The translations under genes and the position numbers were made by a program. From contig CAWEXU010000027.1 of NCBI GenBank assembly GCA_963813075.1, positions 1 to 58,590 of the forward strand: a DNA stretch of 58,590 bases, read 5' to 3'. Shown piece by piece: positions 20,944 to 30,927 of this stretch; the first letter of the stretch is position 1; the number at the start of each line of letters is the position of its first letter. The notes below the pieces were generated by a model. It searched no databases. It was not told the origin of the DNA and saw only the letters and a list, made by a program, of their open reading frames with translations. This DNA comes from Methanotrichaceae archaeon (lineage in GTDB: Archaea > Halobacteriota > Methanosarcinia > Methanotrichales > Methanotrichaceae).

Positions 20944-22188
20944 ATGCGAGACGATTTGAAGCCAGAGGAGTCCATTTTTCCAGATCGGGATTACCTTATG
21001 GATCTGCTGAAAAATATAATAAGCTTCAGGACGGTTGCCCCTCCGGGAGACTGCTATCAGGAGATAGTAGAGTGGCTGGAGCCCATATTCAAGGATATGG
21101 GATTCAAGACCACTAAAATGAAGATGCCGGCGGAGGTATTTGCCGCCAAATGCAGTGATAACCGGCTGGTGGGTGACCGGTACAACCTCCGGGCTGATCT
21201 GTCAGTGGGGGCGGAAAAGACCCTGGTGATATATGCCCACCTGGATGTGGTGCCGGCAGAGGGTGAATGGGAGACCGATCCCTTCTGTGCGGTGCAGAAG
21301 AACGGCCGGGTCTATGGTCGGGGGGTCTCGGATTGCAAGGGATCGGTCGCTGCCCTCATCGCTGCCCTGAAGGCGCTCCTGTCCAGGAATATGCCCCGGT
21401 ACAATTTGAGCGTTCTTTTGACCACGGACGAGGAGGTGGGAGGCTACTCCGGCCTGTGCTATCTGACCGATCTGGGCCAGGTGAAAGGAGATCTGATGCT
21501 CTGCATGGACGGATTTTCCGATGACGTGGTGATCGGGAGCAATGGCATCATAACCTGGGACTTAATGGTTAAAGGTCGGTCGGCTCATAGTGGATCTAGC
21601 TTCCTGGGAGTGAATGCGGTGGAAAGGTCGATACCAGTAATGGAGCGGCTTATGGAGCTGAAGAAGGTGGTTCAGGCCAGACGCTCCCGCCTTCCTGGCA
21701 GCTCAGCGGTGAAGACCCTGGGCATCAAGAACCTCATCCCCATGCTCAATATCACCGTGATCAATGGTGGGATCAAGGAGAACATAGTGCCCGATAGATG
21801 CGTTCTCCGGGGGGACCGCAGGGTGATACCGGAGGAGAGTATGGAAGAGGCGATGGAGGAGATCGAGAGGACTCTGGAGCCTTTGAGGTCGGATATCGAC
21901 TTTGAGTTGAAGTTCTATCCCGGATATCCGCCCATGAGCGTTGACCCGGAGCATGCCTGGGTCAATGAGGTGAGAGAAGCGGTGGAGAGGGGGATGGGAT
22001 TTGTGCCCCAGCTCTCTGCCGCCCAGGGAAGCTTAGATCAGGCCTATGCCACCGAGAAGACGGGGATTCCCACCTGCGTCTACGGCGTCGGCCGGCAGCT
22101 GGAGAGCAATATCCATGCTCCCAATGAGAACGTGCGCATAGCCGATCTGGAAGGATATACCAGATTTTTAATTGAGCTATTGCAGTAG
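20944..22188 (+). CDS. M20 family (ArgE/DapE-like) metallopeptidase/deacylase
   Basis: AHLDVVP, YGRGVSDCKG, TDEEVGG, GRSAHSG, NIHAPNE. Confidence 0.92.
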   Translation: MRDDLKPEESIFPDRDYLMDLLKNIISFRTVAPPGDCYQEIVEWLEPIFKDMGFKTTKMKMPAEVFAAKCSDNRLVGDRYNLRADLSVGAEKTLVIYAHLDVVPAEGEWETDPFCAVQKNGRVYGRGVSDCKGSVAALIAALKALLSRNMPRYNLSVLLTTDEEVGGYSGLCYLTDLGQVKGDLMLCMDGFSDDVVIGSNGIITWDLMVKGRSAHSGSSFLGVNAVERSIPVMERLMELKKVVQARRSRLPGSSAVKTLGIKNLIPMLNITVINGGIKENIVPDRCVLRGDRRVIPEESMEEAMEEIERTLEPLRSDIDFELKFYPGYPPMSVDPEHAWVNEVREAVERGMGFVPQLSAAQGSLDQAYATEKTGIPTCVYGVGRQLESNIHAPNENVRIADLEGYTRFLIELLQ

Positions 22189-22212
22189 GCGATTAAGAGA
22201 TAAAATGAAGGA

Positions 22213-22647
22213 ATGAAGGTCATAGCGGTCGTCGGGACCAAGAAGACGGGAAAGACCACCCTGGTGGAGGCTTTGGTCAGCTCCCTGGCAAAGTATGGCC
22301 GGGTGGGGACGATAAAGAATATGGTCTCTCATCCCGTGGACCGGGGGGACACCAAGAGGCACTTCGATGCCGGGGCGGATGTGGTCATAGGTCTGGGTGA
22401 GGCCCGGCTTTTGGTGAGACGGGATCGAGGAGACCTGGTGTCTGCCCTGGCGGAGCTGGAAAGAGAGGGGATGGATTACGCCGTGGTGGAGGGGTTCAAG
22501 AACAGCTCTCTACCCAAGATCGTCATGGCGGATATAGAGGTGCCGAACATGGTGCGAAAGGTGACGCTCCCCGAGGTGGACGTGGCCCTGGTGGCGGAGC
22601 TGATGGAGATGATATTGAAAATGGAGGATTACAAAACAACAGGCTAG
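22213..22647 (+). CDS. mobB: Molybdopterin-guanine dinucleotide biosynthesis protein B
   Basis: VVGTKKTGKTTL P-loop, VGTIK, GDTKRH, VVEGFK..LPKIV. Confidence 0.88.
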   Translation: MKVIAVVGTKKTGKTTLVEALVSSLAKYGRVGTIKNMVSHPVDRGDTKRHFDAGADVVIGLGEARLLVRRDRGDLVSALAELEREGMDYAVVEGFKNSSLPKIVMADIEVPNMVRKVTLPEVDVALVAELMEMILKMEDYKTTG

Positions 22648-22707
22648 AGAATTAACCTTAGCGAAAAAAATGTCAAGACTGCAGAATGGGCAATTAAATG
22701 CTGCTTA

Positions 22708-23511
22708 TCACTTCTCTTTTCTCATCCCGGCCATCGCCCCGGCCAGCATCACCGGCCCGTCAAATCCATTTCTCGCCCGGCTGGAGTCGATGAAGATCTT
22801 CTCCTCCCACAAAACCGGAGCGCCAAAAGACCTGGCACCGCACAGGAGCATCAACGTCCTGAAGATGAGGTTGCCTGAAATGCCCTCCGGAGCGATGAGG
22901 ATGTCGTCTCCCCGGCAATTCTCGATCAGAATTCCCTTATGCGCGGCATTAATCCCTTCATTGAGCGCGCGGGAGGCGATCTGGTCGCCCTCCAAAAGGC
23001 TCCTGTCCACCCGCTCGCACCTTCCCCGGTCCTCCATTCTCCCCCCGGAGAGGACCGCCGCCCGGGGCAGGACGCCCAGATTTTGCAGGAGCCTTGAGCC
23101 CCCAAGCAATAGATCCAGACGATCGCGAGCCGTCTCGCCCTCATCGATTCCCACCGGTCCCAGAAGGAAGGCCCAGCCGGATAGCTCGAGCAGGGCCAGG
23201 CGGCGGACGGGCAGGCCGAACTCCTCTTTCAGGGCGCGCATGGTCCTTCCGGCGGGCAGGTTTCCCCGCACAGCGCCATCAATCTTTTCGTCTGCCAGGA
23301 GCCGCACCAATTCCCTCCAGGGCTCATCGGTGCAAATATGCTCATAAGGGCAGCTTTCATCGACGTTGCCCACCACCAGCAGCTCTGCGAACCTCTCCGC
23401 CGAGCGCAGGGATGCTATCAGCTCTCGGTCGGCGTTCCAGATGCCGATTCCTATGCGGGCGTGCCTTTTTTCTGCCCGATCCTGCAGGGATTTGATGAAG
23501 CTTGCGTCCAT
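22708..23511 (-). CDS. mtxX: Methanogenesis marker protein 4 (MtxX, phosphotransacetylase-like)
   Basis: IDGAVRGNL, LGPVGIDEG, VLSGGRMEDRGR, IAPEGISGNLIFRTL, FIDSSRA. Confidence 0.88.
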   Translation of the reverse strand: MDASFIKSLQDRAEKRHARIGIGIWNADRELIASLRSAERFAELLVVGNVDESCPYEHICTDEPWRELVRLLADEKIDGAVRGNLPAGRTMRALKEEFGLPVRRLALLELSGWAFLLGPVGIDEGETARDRLDLLLGGSRLLQNLGVLPRAAVLSGGRMEDRGRCERVDRSLLEGDQIASRALNEGINAAHKGILIENCRGDDILIAPEGISGNLIFRTLMLLCGARSFGAPVLWEEKIFIDSSRARNGFDGPVMLAGAMAGMRKEK

Positions 23512-23514
23512 GTC

Positions 23515-24477
23515 CTAATGAATTCCGGTCACGCACTCCCGCGCCAGGTCAAAGAGCACAGCCTCTTCCTTTCCGCTGCGGATTATCAGCTTTCTTTCCT
23601 CTGTCACCCGGCCGATGACCCTCGCCGTGAGACCGCGCCTGGTGAAGACCTCCAGGACTTTCTCCTGGTTCTCGGATCTAGTGGTGACCACAAATCCCAT
23701 TCCCGGATACATCTGCAGCCAGCCGACCAGGGTCAGGCCCTCAGGCACCACAATGGCCTCCACATCCACCACCCCGCCCACCTTGCTGGTCTCCAGGAGC
23801 ATGGCCAGGGTGCCGAGAAGCCCGGGGTTGCTGATGTCCTTGCCCGCCCGGACCAGGCCGCTTTCGCCCAGTTCTCGCATTGCTCCCAGTTGCTCCGCCA
23901 GCACACTGCTTTCCTTGAAGCTGGTGGAGTCGAAGCTCAATTGAAACTTGGGATGGGGGCTGCCGTCGGTATCATAAGCGGCTATGACCACCTCTCCTGG
24001 CTGTGCGGTGCTGCTCAGGATCACAGCATTCTTCTTCGCCTTTCCTAGGATCGCTACGTCCAGGGCGCTGTAAGGGGTATCGGGATGGAGGTGGCCGCCG
24101 ATGATGGGCACACCGAGCTTCTCTATTCCCTTTTTCATACCCTGGAGAACCCTTTTGGATATCTCGGGGTCTCCTGCGGAGAGGACGTCCACCATGGCCA
24201 CCGGCCAGCCGCCCATAGCGGCGATGTCGTGCACATTCACCAGCACCGAGCAGTAGCCCGACCACTCGGGATCGGCGTCCATGAGCTTGGACCAGATGCC
24301 GTCCGCGGCAAAGAGCATGACCTCATCGCCGTCGTCTATCACTGCCGCATCCTCACCAAAGGATGCAATGATCTGCTTGGATTCTATGGGAAAGAATGAT
24401 ATGAGTTCACCAATCTGCTTTTTCCTGGTGACTCCCACAAATCCGCGCAGCTCAGCTGCCAGAGACTCAAGATTCAT
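23515..24477 (-). CDS. Methanogenesis marker protein 2 (AIR synthase/SelD-related)
   Basis: FVGVTRKK, FGEDAAVI, LVNVHDIAAMGG, GGHLHPDTPY, GKDISNPG. Confidence 0.9.
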   Translation of the reverse strand: MNLESLAAELRGFVGVTRKKQIGELISFFPIESKQIIASFGEDAAVIDDGDEVMLFAADGIWSKLMDADPEWSGYCSVLVNVHDIAAMGGWPVAMVDVLSAGDPEISKRVLQGMKKGIEKLGVPIIGGHLHPDTPYSALDVAILGKAKKNAVILSSTAQPGEVVIAAYDTDGSPHPKFQLSFDSTSFKESSVLAEQLGAMRELGESGLVRAGKDISNPGLLGTLAMLLETSKVGGVVDVEAIVVPEGLTLVGWLQMYPGMGFVVTTRSENQEKVLEVFTRRGLTARVIGRVTEERKLIIRSGKEEAVLFDLARECVTGIH

Positions 24478-25201
24478 CGGAGTATGCTGGAGCTTTAATC
24501 AAAAATAGATGTCGCTAAAACTCGGCCGCAAAGTTCTTAACCAGTTTACTCCATCAAGAAAATGAGCCTTTTTAGGTCGCGGATTTTCTCGTCAAGGGTT
24601 CCAATGGAAATGAATCTTCAAAAATTTTATAATGTTTTTAGAGATGCTGCTTTTTGAGAACTGCGTAAAGAATAGTAATACATTACTTATGCTATTTCTT
24701 GCTTAAACGATATGTAATGATTTATGTGCACACTAGCAGCAGGGGGGTTAAATAATAAAATATCTTCTAATGTTTGGTGGGGTGGTATCATGAGTCTTTT
24801 TTTCTTTTGGATGGACGGACAGAGAAAGGCATGCGGGATCAGATTTGTGGAAAGGGCATTCAGGGAAGCTGCGCCAGTATAGGAAATGGTACTGCAATGG
24901 CTGAGGGATATCCGCTAAGCCATCAATTCTGCTTTCTCGCCGAACGAGGCGGCGATGCTATCGCGTCGAATGAGGATAATGGTCTAATATATATGAGAAA
25001 GATGGAGGGGGAAAGCGGGCACCATCATGGATTATTAATGGGCCAGTGGATTGGGACGTGGTATTGAAAGGTAGGGTCATCTATGATCTGGATTGAAATT
25101 CAGGCGCATCCTTCAATAGCCCATAACTCCCTTATCCGATTAGTGAACGAAGATACTGGCCCATGGATGCATCAGAATAGCAACGGGAGGAGGGATACAG
25201 A

Positions 25202-25631
25202 TTGCTGATCAAGGAGTTTCAGAGTGGAAGGCAACTGTTGGCCAGGCTGGACCACGGCGAGGAGATAATCGGCCAGGTCATGTGCATCATAAGAGAGAAA
25301 GATATCCGGGCGGGCCAAGTTGAGCATCATCGGCGCCCTGGAGCAGGCGGAGATCGGCTACTACGACCAGGTCTCTCAGAAGTACCAGGGCATTCAGATC
25401 AACGAGCCGGTGGAGCTTGCCTCCTGCTCGGGCAATATCTCCCTCCTGAGAGGCCAGCCCTTTGCCCACGTTCATGCCGTCCTCTCCGGCATGAAGGGGA
25501 CAGTCTGGGCGGGGCACCTGACCTCGGGCCGGATCTTTGCCGCTGAGCTATATATCCAGGAGCTGACCGGACGGGATCTGATAAGATCTCCCGACTCCGT
25601 CACCGGGCTTAATCTGTGGAGAGAAGAGTGA
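25202..25631 (+). CDS. PPC/DUF296 domain protein (frameshift ~25320)
   Basis: [10 protein letters not shown], then in the next frame IIGAL...[10 protein letters not shown]...[10 protein letters not shown]...GHL. Confidence 0.88.
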
Positions 25632-28600
25632 ATAACCAGGATTATTTTCAGCTATTGCAGGATGGCCTTGGTGATGCCATGGCCGTAGCCAAAGAGGCTC
25701 GCAGCCGGGGGCTGGACCCCACTATTGATGTGGAGATACCCCTGGCGGTGGACCTGGCAGAGAGGGTGGAGAAGCTGATCGGCATCCCAGGCATTGCGGA
25801 GAGGATCAGGCATCATGAAGCGGAAGGATTGAGCCGGGAGGAGTCTGCGCTTGCCATTGGTATTGACTTCGCTGAGGGCCGGCTGGGAGCCGGCGCAAGC
25901 AAGATCGAGTCGGTGGAGAACGCCATCCGCACCTCGGTGGCCCTGCTCACCGAGGGGGTCGTCGCCGCTCCCATTGAGGGCATCGCCCGGGTGGACCTGG
26001 GAAAGAACGATGACGGCACCGAGTACCTCAAGGTCTACTATGCCGGGCCGATAAGGTCTGCCGGGGGCACAGCTCAGGCGCTCTCAGTTCTCGTTGCCGA
26101 CTATGTGAGGAGGAGCGTGGGTATCGCCCCCTGGAAGCCGCGCCCGGAGGAGGTGGAGCGCTATGTGGAGGAGATTGGCCTGTACAAGAGGGTGGCCGGT
26201 CTGCAGTACTCCCCCTCGGATGACGAGATCAGGACCATTGTGAGAAACTGCCCCATCTGCATAGACGGCGAGCCGACGGAAGAAGAGGAGGTCTCTGGCT
26301 ACCGGGACCTGGACAGAATAGAGACCAATCGGGTGCGAGGGGGTATCGCCCTGGTCTCGGCTGAGGGAATCGCCCTGAAGCGGCCCAAGCTCAAAAAGCA
26401 TGTCAGCAAGCTTGGCATCTCCGGCTGGGAGTGGCTGGACTCTCTGGCCAGCGGCAAGAAGGATGGCGGGGACTCAACTCCCAAGTTCCTCCGCGACCTT
26501 ATAGCGGGAAGGCCGGTGTTCTCTCATCCCTCCCGGCCTGGAGGCTTCAGGCTGCGCTACGGCCGGGCGAGGAATACCGGGCTTGCTGCTGCGGGAATCA
26601 ATCCGGCCAGCATGCTCCTTTTAGGGGAGTTCATGGCCGCCGGCACCCAGATCAAGGTGGAGCAGCCGGGCAAAGCGGCGGCGGTAGCGCCGGTCAGCTC
26701 GATTGAGGGGCCAACAGTGAGGCTGCTCAACGGGGATGTGGTCCGCTTTGACTCTGATCAGGATATACTGGAGTGGATGCCGATCACCTGCAAAGATCCC
26801 AAGACCATCCAGACCGCTCTCAAGGCCCATGTATCCAGGATCCTGGACCTGGGGGAGATCCTGATCAGCTATGGGGAGTTTTTGGAGAACAACCGGCCCC
26901 TGGCACCGGCCTCATATGCCTTTGAGTGGTGGGCGGCAGAGCTGCTAAAAGCGGGCGGCGACCCCGCGGGCTGCGAGTCTGTCAATGGCGAAGAGGCTAT
27001 TGCCCTGTCCAGAGAATATGGCGTTCCCCTTCATCCTGCTCATACCCACCTGTGGCATGACCTTTCCCTGGAGGATTACGAGCTATTGCAGGGAGGTTGC
27101 GGCGTCAAAGGGCATTATGGAGTCTGGACGGCTGATCCTCCCTCTGGAGGTCAAGGAGTCCTTGGAGACCCTGCTGGTGCTGCACAAAGTTCGAGAGGGA
27201 CGGATAATGATCGAGGACCCTCTGCCCTTCTTGCTGTGTCTGGGAATTGACGGGGAGGGTGGTTTATTGAAGAAGAGGGCCGGGGAGGCTGGGGGCCCGC
27301 CGGATGGGGGCAAACCGGTTGAGGGCGATCAGGCAGAGGACTCGACCCTGGCCAGGGTCAACCGCCTGGCAGGCATTGTGGTTCGAGCGCGTGCGCCCAC
27401 CCGCATCGGCGCCCGCATGGGCCGGCCTGAGAAGTCGGACAAGAGGCTGATGAGGCCGCCCCCTCATGTCCTCTTCCCGGCGGGGGAGGAGGGAGGCAAG
27501 GGCCGATCCATTCAGGAGGCGGCAAAGCACTCCACCAACAGCTCCTCCGGGATCATCAATGTGCAGATCGAGCGGCGGGTTTGCAAGAGCTGCGGAAAGG
27601 AGGGCTTTGCCTTCAATTGCGTGTGCGGCAGCCATACTGAGAAGAAGAGGGTCTGCCCCAAATGCAATATCCCCGCTCCCGAAAAGTGCCCCAAATGCGG
27701 CCAGGAGAGCAATGCGGTAGCTGAGATGCAGATCGATGTCAAAAAACTCTACCATCAGGCTTTAGAGAATCTGGGGGAGAGGGAGCCCGATTCTCTGAAA
27801 GGGGTTTTGGGCCTCTCCTCCCGCGATAAGACCCCCGAGCCCCTGGAGAAGGGAATCCTGCGGGCCAAGCAGGGGATCAACATCTTCAAGGACGGCACAG
27901 TGAGGTACGACCTCACCGACCTGCCTCTCACCCATTTCCGGCCGGACGAGATCGGCACCAGCCCCCTGGTTTTGCAGAGCCTGGGCTATGCCGTGGATAT
28001 GCATGGCGATCCTTTAACCCGTCCGGATCAGGTCTGCGAGCTGAGGATCCAGGATATCATCCTATCGAGGGATGCGGGCGAGTACCTCTTGAAGGTATCC
28101 TGGTTTGTGGACGAGCTGCTGGCCAGGTTCTATCACCTGCAGCCCTTCTACAATGCCCAGACCCCTCAGGACCTGATCGGAAAGCTGATGGTGGGCCTGG
28201 CCCCCCATACCTCTGCGGGCGTTCTCTGCCGGCTGATAGGCTACAGCCCGGCCTCGGCGGGGTTTGGCCATCCGTTCTTTCATGCCGCCAAACGGAGGAA
28301 CTGCGATGGGGATGAGGACTGCGTGATGCTGCTCATGGATGCCCTGATCAACTTCTCCATGTCCTATCTTCCAGCAAAGCGGGGTGGGAAGATGGACGCC
28401 TGCCTGGTCATGACCACCATTCTCAATCCGGCTGAGGTGGACAAAGAGGCTCATAACCTGGATCTGACCCCGGTCTATCCCCTGGAGTTCTACGAGGCCA
28501 CCCTCAACCAACACCAACCCCAAAGACCTGGAGGGGAGGTTTGATCTGGTCTCTAAAAGGCTGGGCACCGACCAGCAGTATGAGGGGTTCAACTTCAGCC

Positions 28601-29055
28601 ATGCCACCACGGACATCGCTGCCGGGCCGAAGAACAGCGCCTACAAGACCCTGGAGACCATGGTCGATAAGATGGATGCCCAGCTGGAGCTGGCGCGGAT
28701 GATCCGGGCGGTGGACGAGCAGGACGTAGCTGAAAGGGTGATCAACTCTCATTTCCTGCCCGACCTGATAGGCAATCTGCATGCCTTCTCCAAGCAGAAG
28801 GTCAGGTGCGTGAAGTGCGGGGCCAAGTATAGAAGGCCTCCACTGAAGGAGACCTGCCCCAAATGTGGCGGCAGGATGATTCTCACTGTGCACGAGGGCA
28901 GCGTGAGGAAGTATCTGGAGGTCTCAATTAAGGTGGCAGAGGAGTATGGGGTGAGCAGCTACACCAAGCAGAGGCTGCAGCTTTTGAAGATGGAGATCGA
29001 CTCTCTCTTCAAGAACGAGAAGGCCAGGCAGACGGGCCTTGCGGATTTCATGTAG
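25628..29055 (+). CDS. polC: DNA polymerase D large subunit DP2 (indels ~27090 and ~28515; no intein seen)
   Basis: [38 protein letters not shown], catalytic [11 protein letters not shown]-terminal RCVKC...CPKCGG zinc finger. Confidence 0.97.
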
Positions 29056-29149
29056 AAAGAAAGGGCACTTTCGCTCTTTCCTGTGGGCCGCCTCTACAGA
29101 CCGACCTGATCATTGGCCTTCTGTTGCCTCTTCGGTTGTTCCTTTCGAT

Positions 29150-29302
29150 AGCACAAAAAATGAACCACAAAGACACAAAGGCACAAAGATGTCTCTTCAT
29201 ATTGCTGATTAATCTTCATATTGAGGATAGAATCCTTTGTGGCTTTGTGCCTTTGTGGTTTTAAGTTTGAGTCACAATGCCCACACAAAACCGCAAAGAG
29301 CC
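29150..29302. repeat. CACAAAG-microrepeat inverted-repeat element related to the 4435 and 48843 copies
   Basis: CCACAAAGACACAAAGGCACAAAG versus CTTTGTGGCTTTGTGCCTTTGTGG; minus-strand terminus GGCTCTTTGCGGTTTTGTGTGGG resembles the start of the other copies. Confidence 0.65.
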
Positions 29303-29567
29303 CGATTTTTATCAGGATTTCGATGCTGAATTTCCCTGAAATTCATTTTAAGTACTTATGATTTGTCAGAACGAATATACGCCAAAAAATATATACTGCA
29401 TCCAGCAAAAAGCTATTTCTACAGGCGAACATATTGTCTAGGGAAGAGGAGGAATGGAGCGTTCTGCTGGGTGAATACCGGTTTTATTCTGGCTATTTCT
29501 TAATGGAAGTCGTCAGAGCGTTCTTCTCAAAGTCATTCTCACAGAAAGGCAGAGCGGAGGTACGGCC

Positions 29568-30315
29568 TTGAAGCCCACAGTGGCCCGCTATGCCCTGGCC
29601 GATCAGGCCAAGGCCACTTCTCACCCAGACCATCCTCCTGGCGGAGAGGGTCCACCGGGCGCTGGTGGAGCTATCCGATGGCTCGGCGGTTTTCACCGGC
29701 TGCGACGAGCTGCACCGGCCCTTGCGAGGCCACGAGCATGCCCATATCTTCTGCGAGTCAAACCCCGGCGGCGGGGGCGAGATCACCAACATCAGCATCT
29801 ATGCTCCCAGAGGCTTTGACTCCGGGGAAGAAGAGGCCTTGGAGAGATTGGCGGAGATCTATGATGGTCAGGGGGCAAGCACCAGTCTGGTCTTTCTGGG
29901 CTTTGCCCGGCCAGCGGACCTGGTCGGCATAAGCCCGCTATTCGCCAGGTCGAGGGTCTGGCTCTCTCATACCCCCTTCCTTCCCACCCGCCATCCCAAG
30001 GCCACAAGAGCGGGGGTGCCGAAGTTCGACTGCACCGGCTTTCAGATCGGCAGCCCGGAGCACGAACTCTTGCGGCTGCTGGGGCTGGCAGGCTTTCCTG
30101 AGCCTGATATGATGGAGAGGGTGGACCACACCAGGTTGGGCGAAAGGGAGGTTCCCTGGGATGCCTTTGTGCGCCGGAGGGAGGGGGATGAGAGGAGGCC
30201 GGCGGCGAATGGGGAAGGGTACGGCTTTCGCATCGTATTTCCCGAGGCGGTGCAGGGGCCGGTGGCGGTGGGATATGGGGGGCATTTTGGGATGGGGGGA
30301 TTTGAGGGTGAATAA
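29568..30315 (+). CDS. csb2: Stand-alone Cas6-like C-terminal domain of type I-G Csb2 (1-bp indel ~29610)
   Basis: GGAGGT RBS before TTG; KPTVARYAL...LAERVHRALV, GHEHAHIF, SRVWLSHTPFLPTRHPK and the terminal Gly-rich loop FPEAVQGPVAVGYGGHFGMGGF. Confidence 0.85.
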
Positions 30316-30399
30316 GTTAAAACAAGATGTGTAATATCATAAATTTTTAGTGAAGTTAGGAGCGATAGGCTGATATAGGATTAAAGCAGATTATTAATT

Positions 30400-30484
30400 T
30401 AATCCGCAGCTAAAAAAAAGCCGCGGCCCAATTGAAACAAATATAATGGGCGATCAAGTCTAAAAGTCGTCCATGTTTTTTTTT
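30400..30484 (+). CRISPR. Orphan CRISPR repeat (type I-G-like) plus one spacer-like guide and T9 terminator (crRNA-like RNA)
   Basis: 30400-30438 TAATCCGCAGCTAAAAAAAAGCCGCGGCCCAATTGAAAC has a CCGC.GCT/AGC.GCGG stem and the canonical ATTGAAAC handle; followed by 37 unique nt and T9 (30476-30484). No second repeat. Confidence 0.8.
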
Positions 30485-30643
30485 ATTATAATAGATAGAT
30501 TTGTACCTGGCTACAACTGGATAGTATTCATTATAATTAATATATTTCAGTATTTTTTTTATGCCTGTAACCATACAAAATTTTCATATACTTTGAGCGA
30601 TATCTTACCATAGAGGGATACACAAAGTCCTCTAGGTGGTAAG

Positions 30644-30811
30644 ATGAAAATAAATAGACTTAGAACGGGAATAGATAACGACTTTGAGACTCGATCGGCC
30701 ATCAGCAAATGCCTAACTAGGCTAATATTTTATGCGCTGAGCGCTATCGGGATACATCTAATTGCGCAGTCCATTGAGATAAATGTGAATGTGTGGATAG
30801 TGATGCATTAA
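30644..30811 (+). CDS. Putative 55-aa small protein with hydrophobic C-terminus; contains the guide target
   Basis: AGGTGGT RBS at 30634-30640; MKINRLRTGIDNDFETRSAISKCLTRLIFYALSAIGIHLIAQSIEINVNVWIVMH; below the ORF-track cutoff; no recognised family. Confidence 0.5.
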   Translation: MKINRLRTGIDNDFETRSAISKCLTRLIFYALSAIGIHLIAQSIEINVNVWIVMH

Positions 30812-30840
30812 ATGAGGGTTAATGCATCATATATTTTTTT
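30801..30840 (+). terminator. Hairpin plus T-tract after the small ORF
   Basis: Perfect 11-bp inverted repeat TGATGCATTAA (30801-30811) / TTAATGCATCA (30819-30829), then T7 (30834-30840). Confidence 0.6.
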
Positions 30841-30927
30841 AGTTATACATAACATTTTGTTAACTACTCTGGATTTAATTCAACTACCTGAATCATATAA
30901 AATGCTAGCAATCAAAGGTGAGCAATT

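Noticed and set aside
24774..25067. 97-aa ORF upstream of the DUF296 gene
   Set aside because: Weak start, no motif and atypical composition; likely spurious.
25628..29055. Intein or programmed frameshifting in polC
   Set aside because: No intein motifs or extra length; the breaks match the window-wide indel error pattern.
30678..30715. Type I-G Cascade DNA targeting by the orphan guide (classical CreA/CreR mode)
   Set aside because: Seed positions 1-5 and 7 are mismatched and the would-be PAM is GCA, not the TTN reported for I-G. Disfavoured, though not experimentally excluded.
30316..30927. A conventional CRISPR array upstream of cmr1
   Set aside because: Only one repeat is present; I found no second full or degenerate copy at spacer distance or elsewhere in the window.
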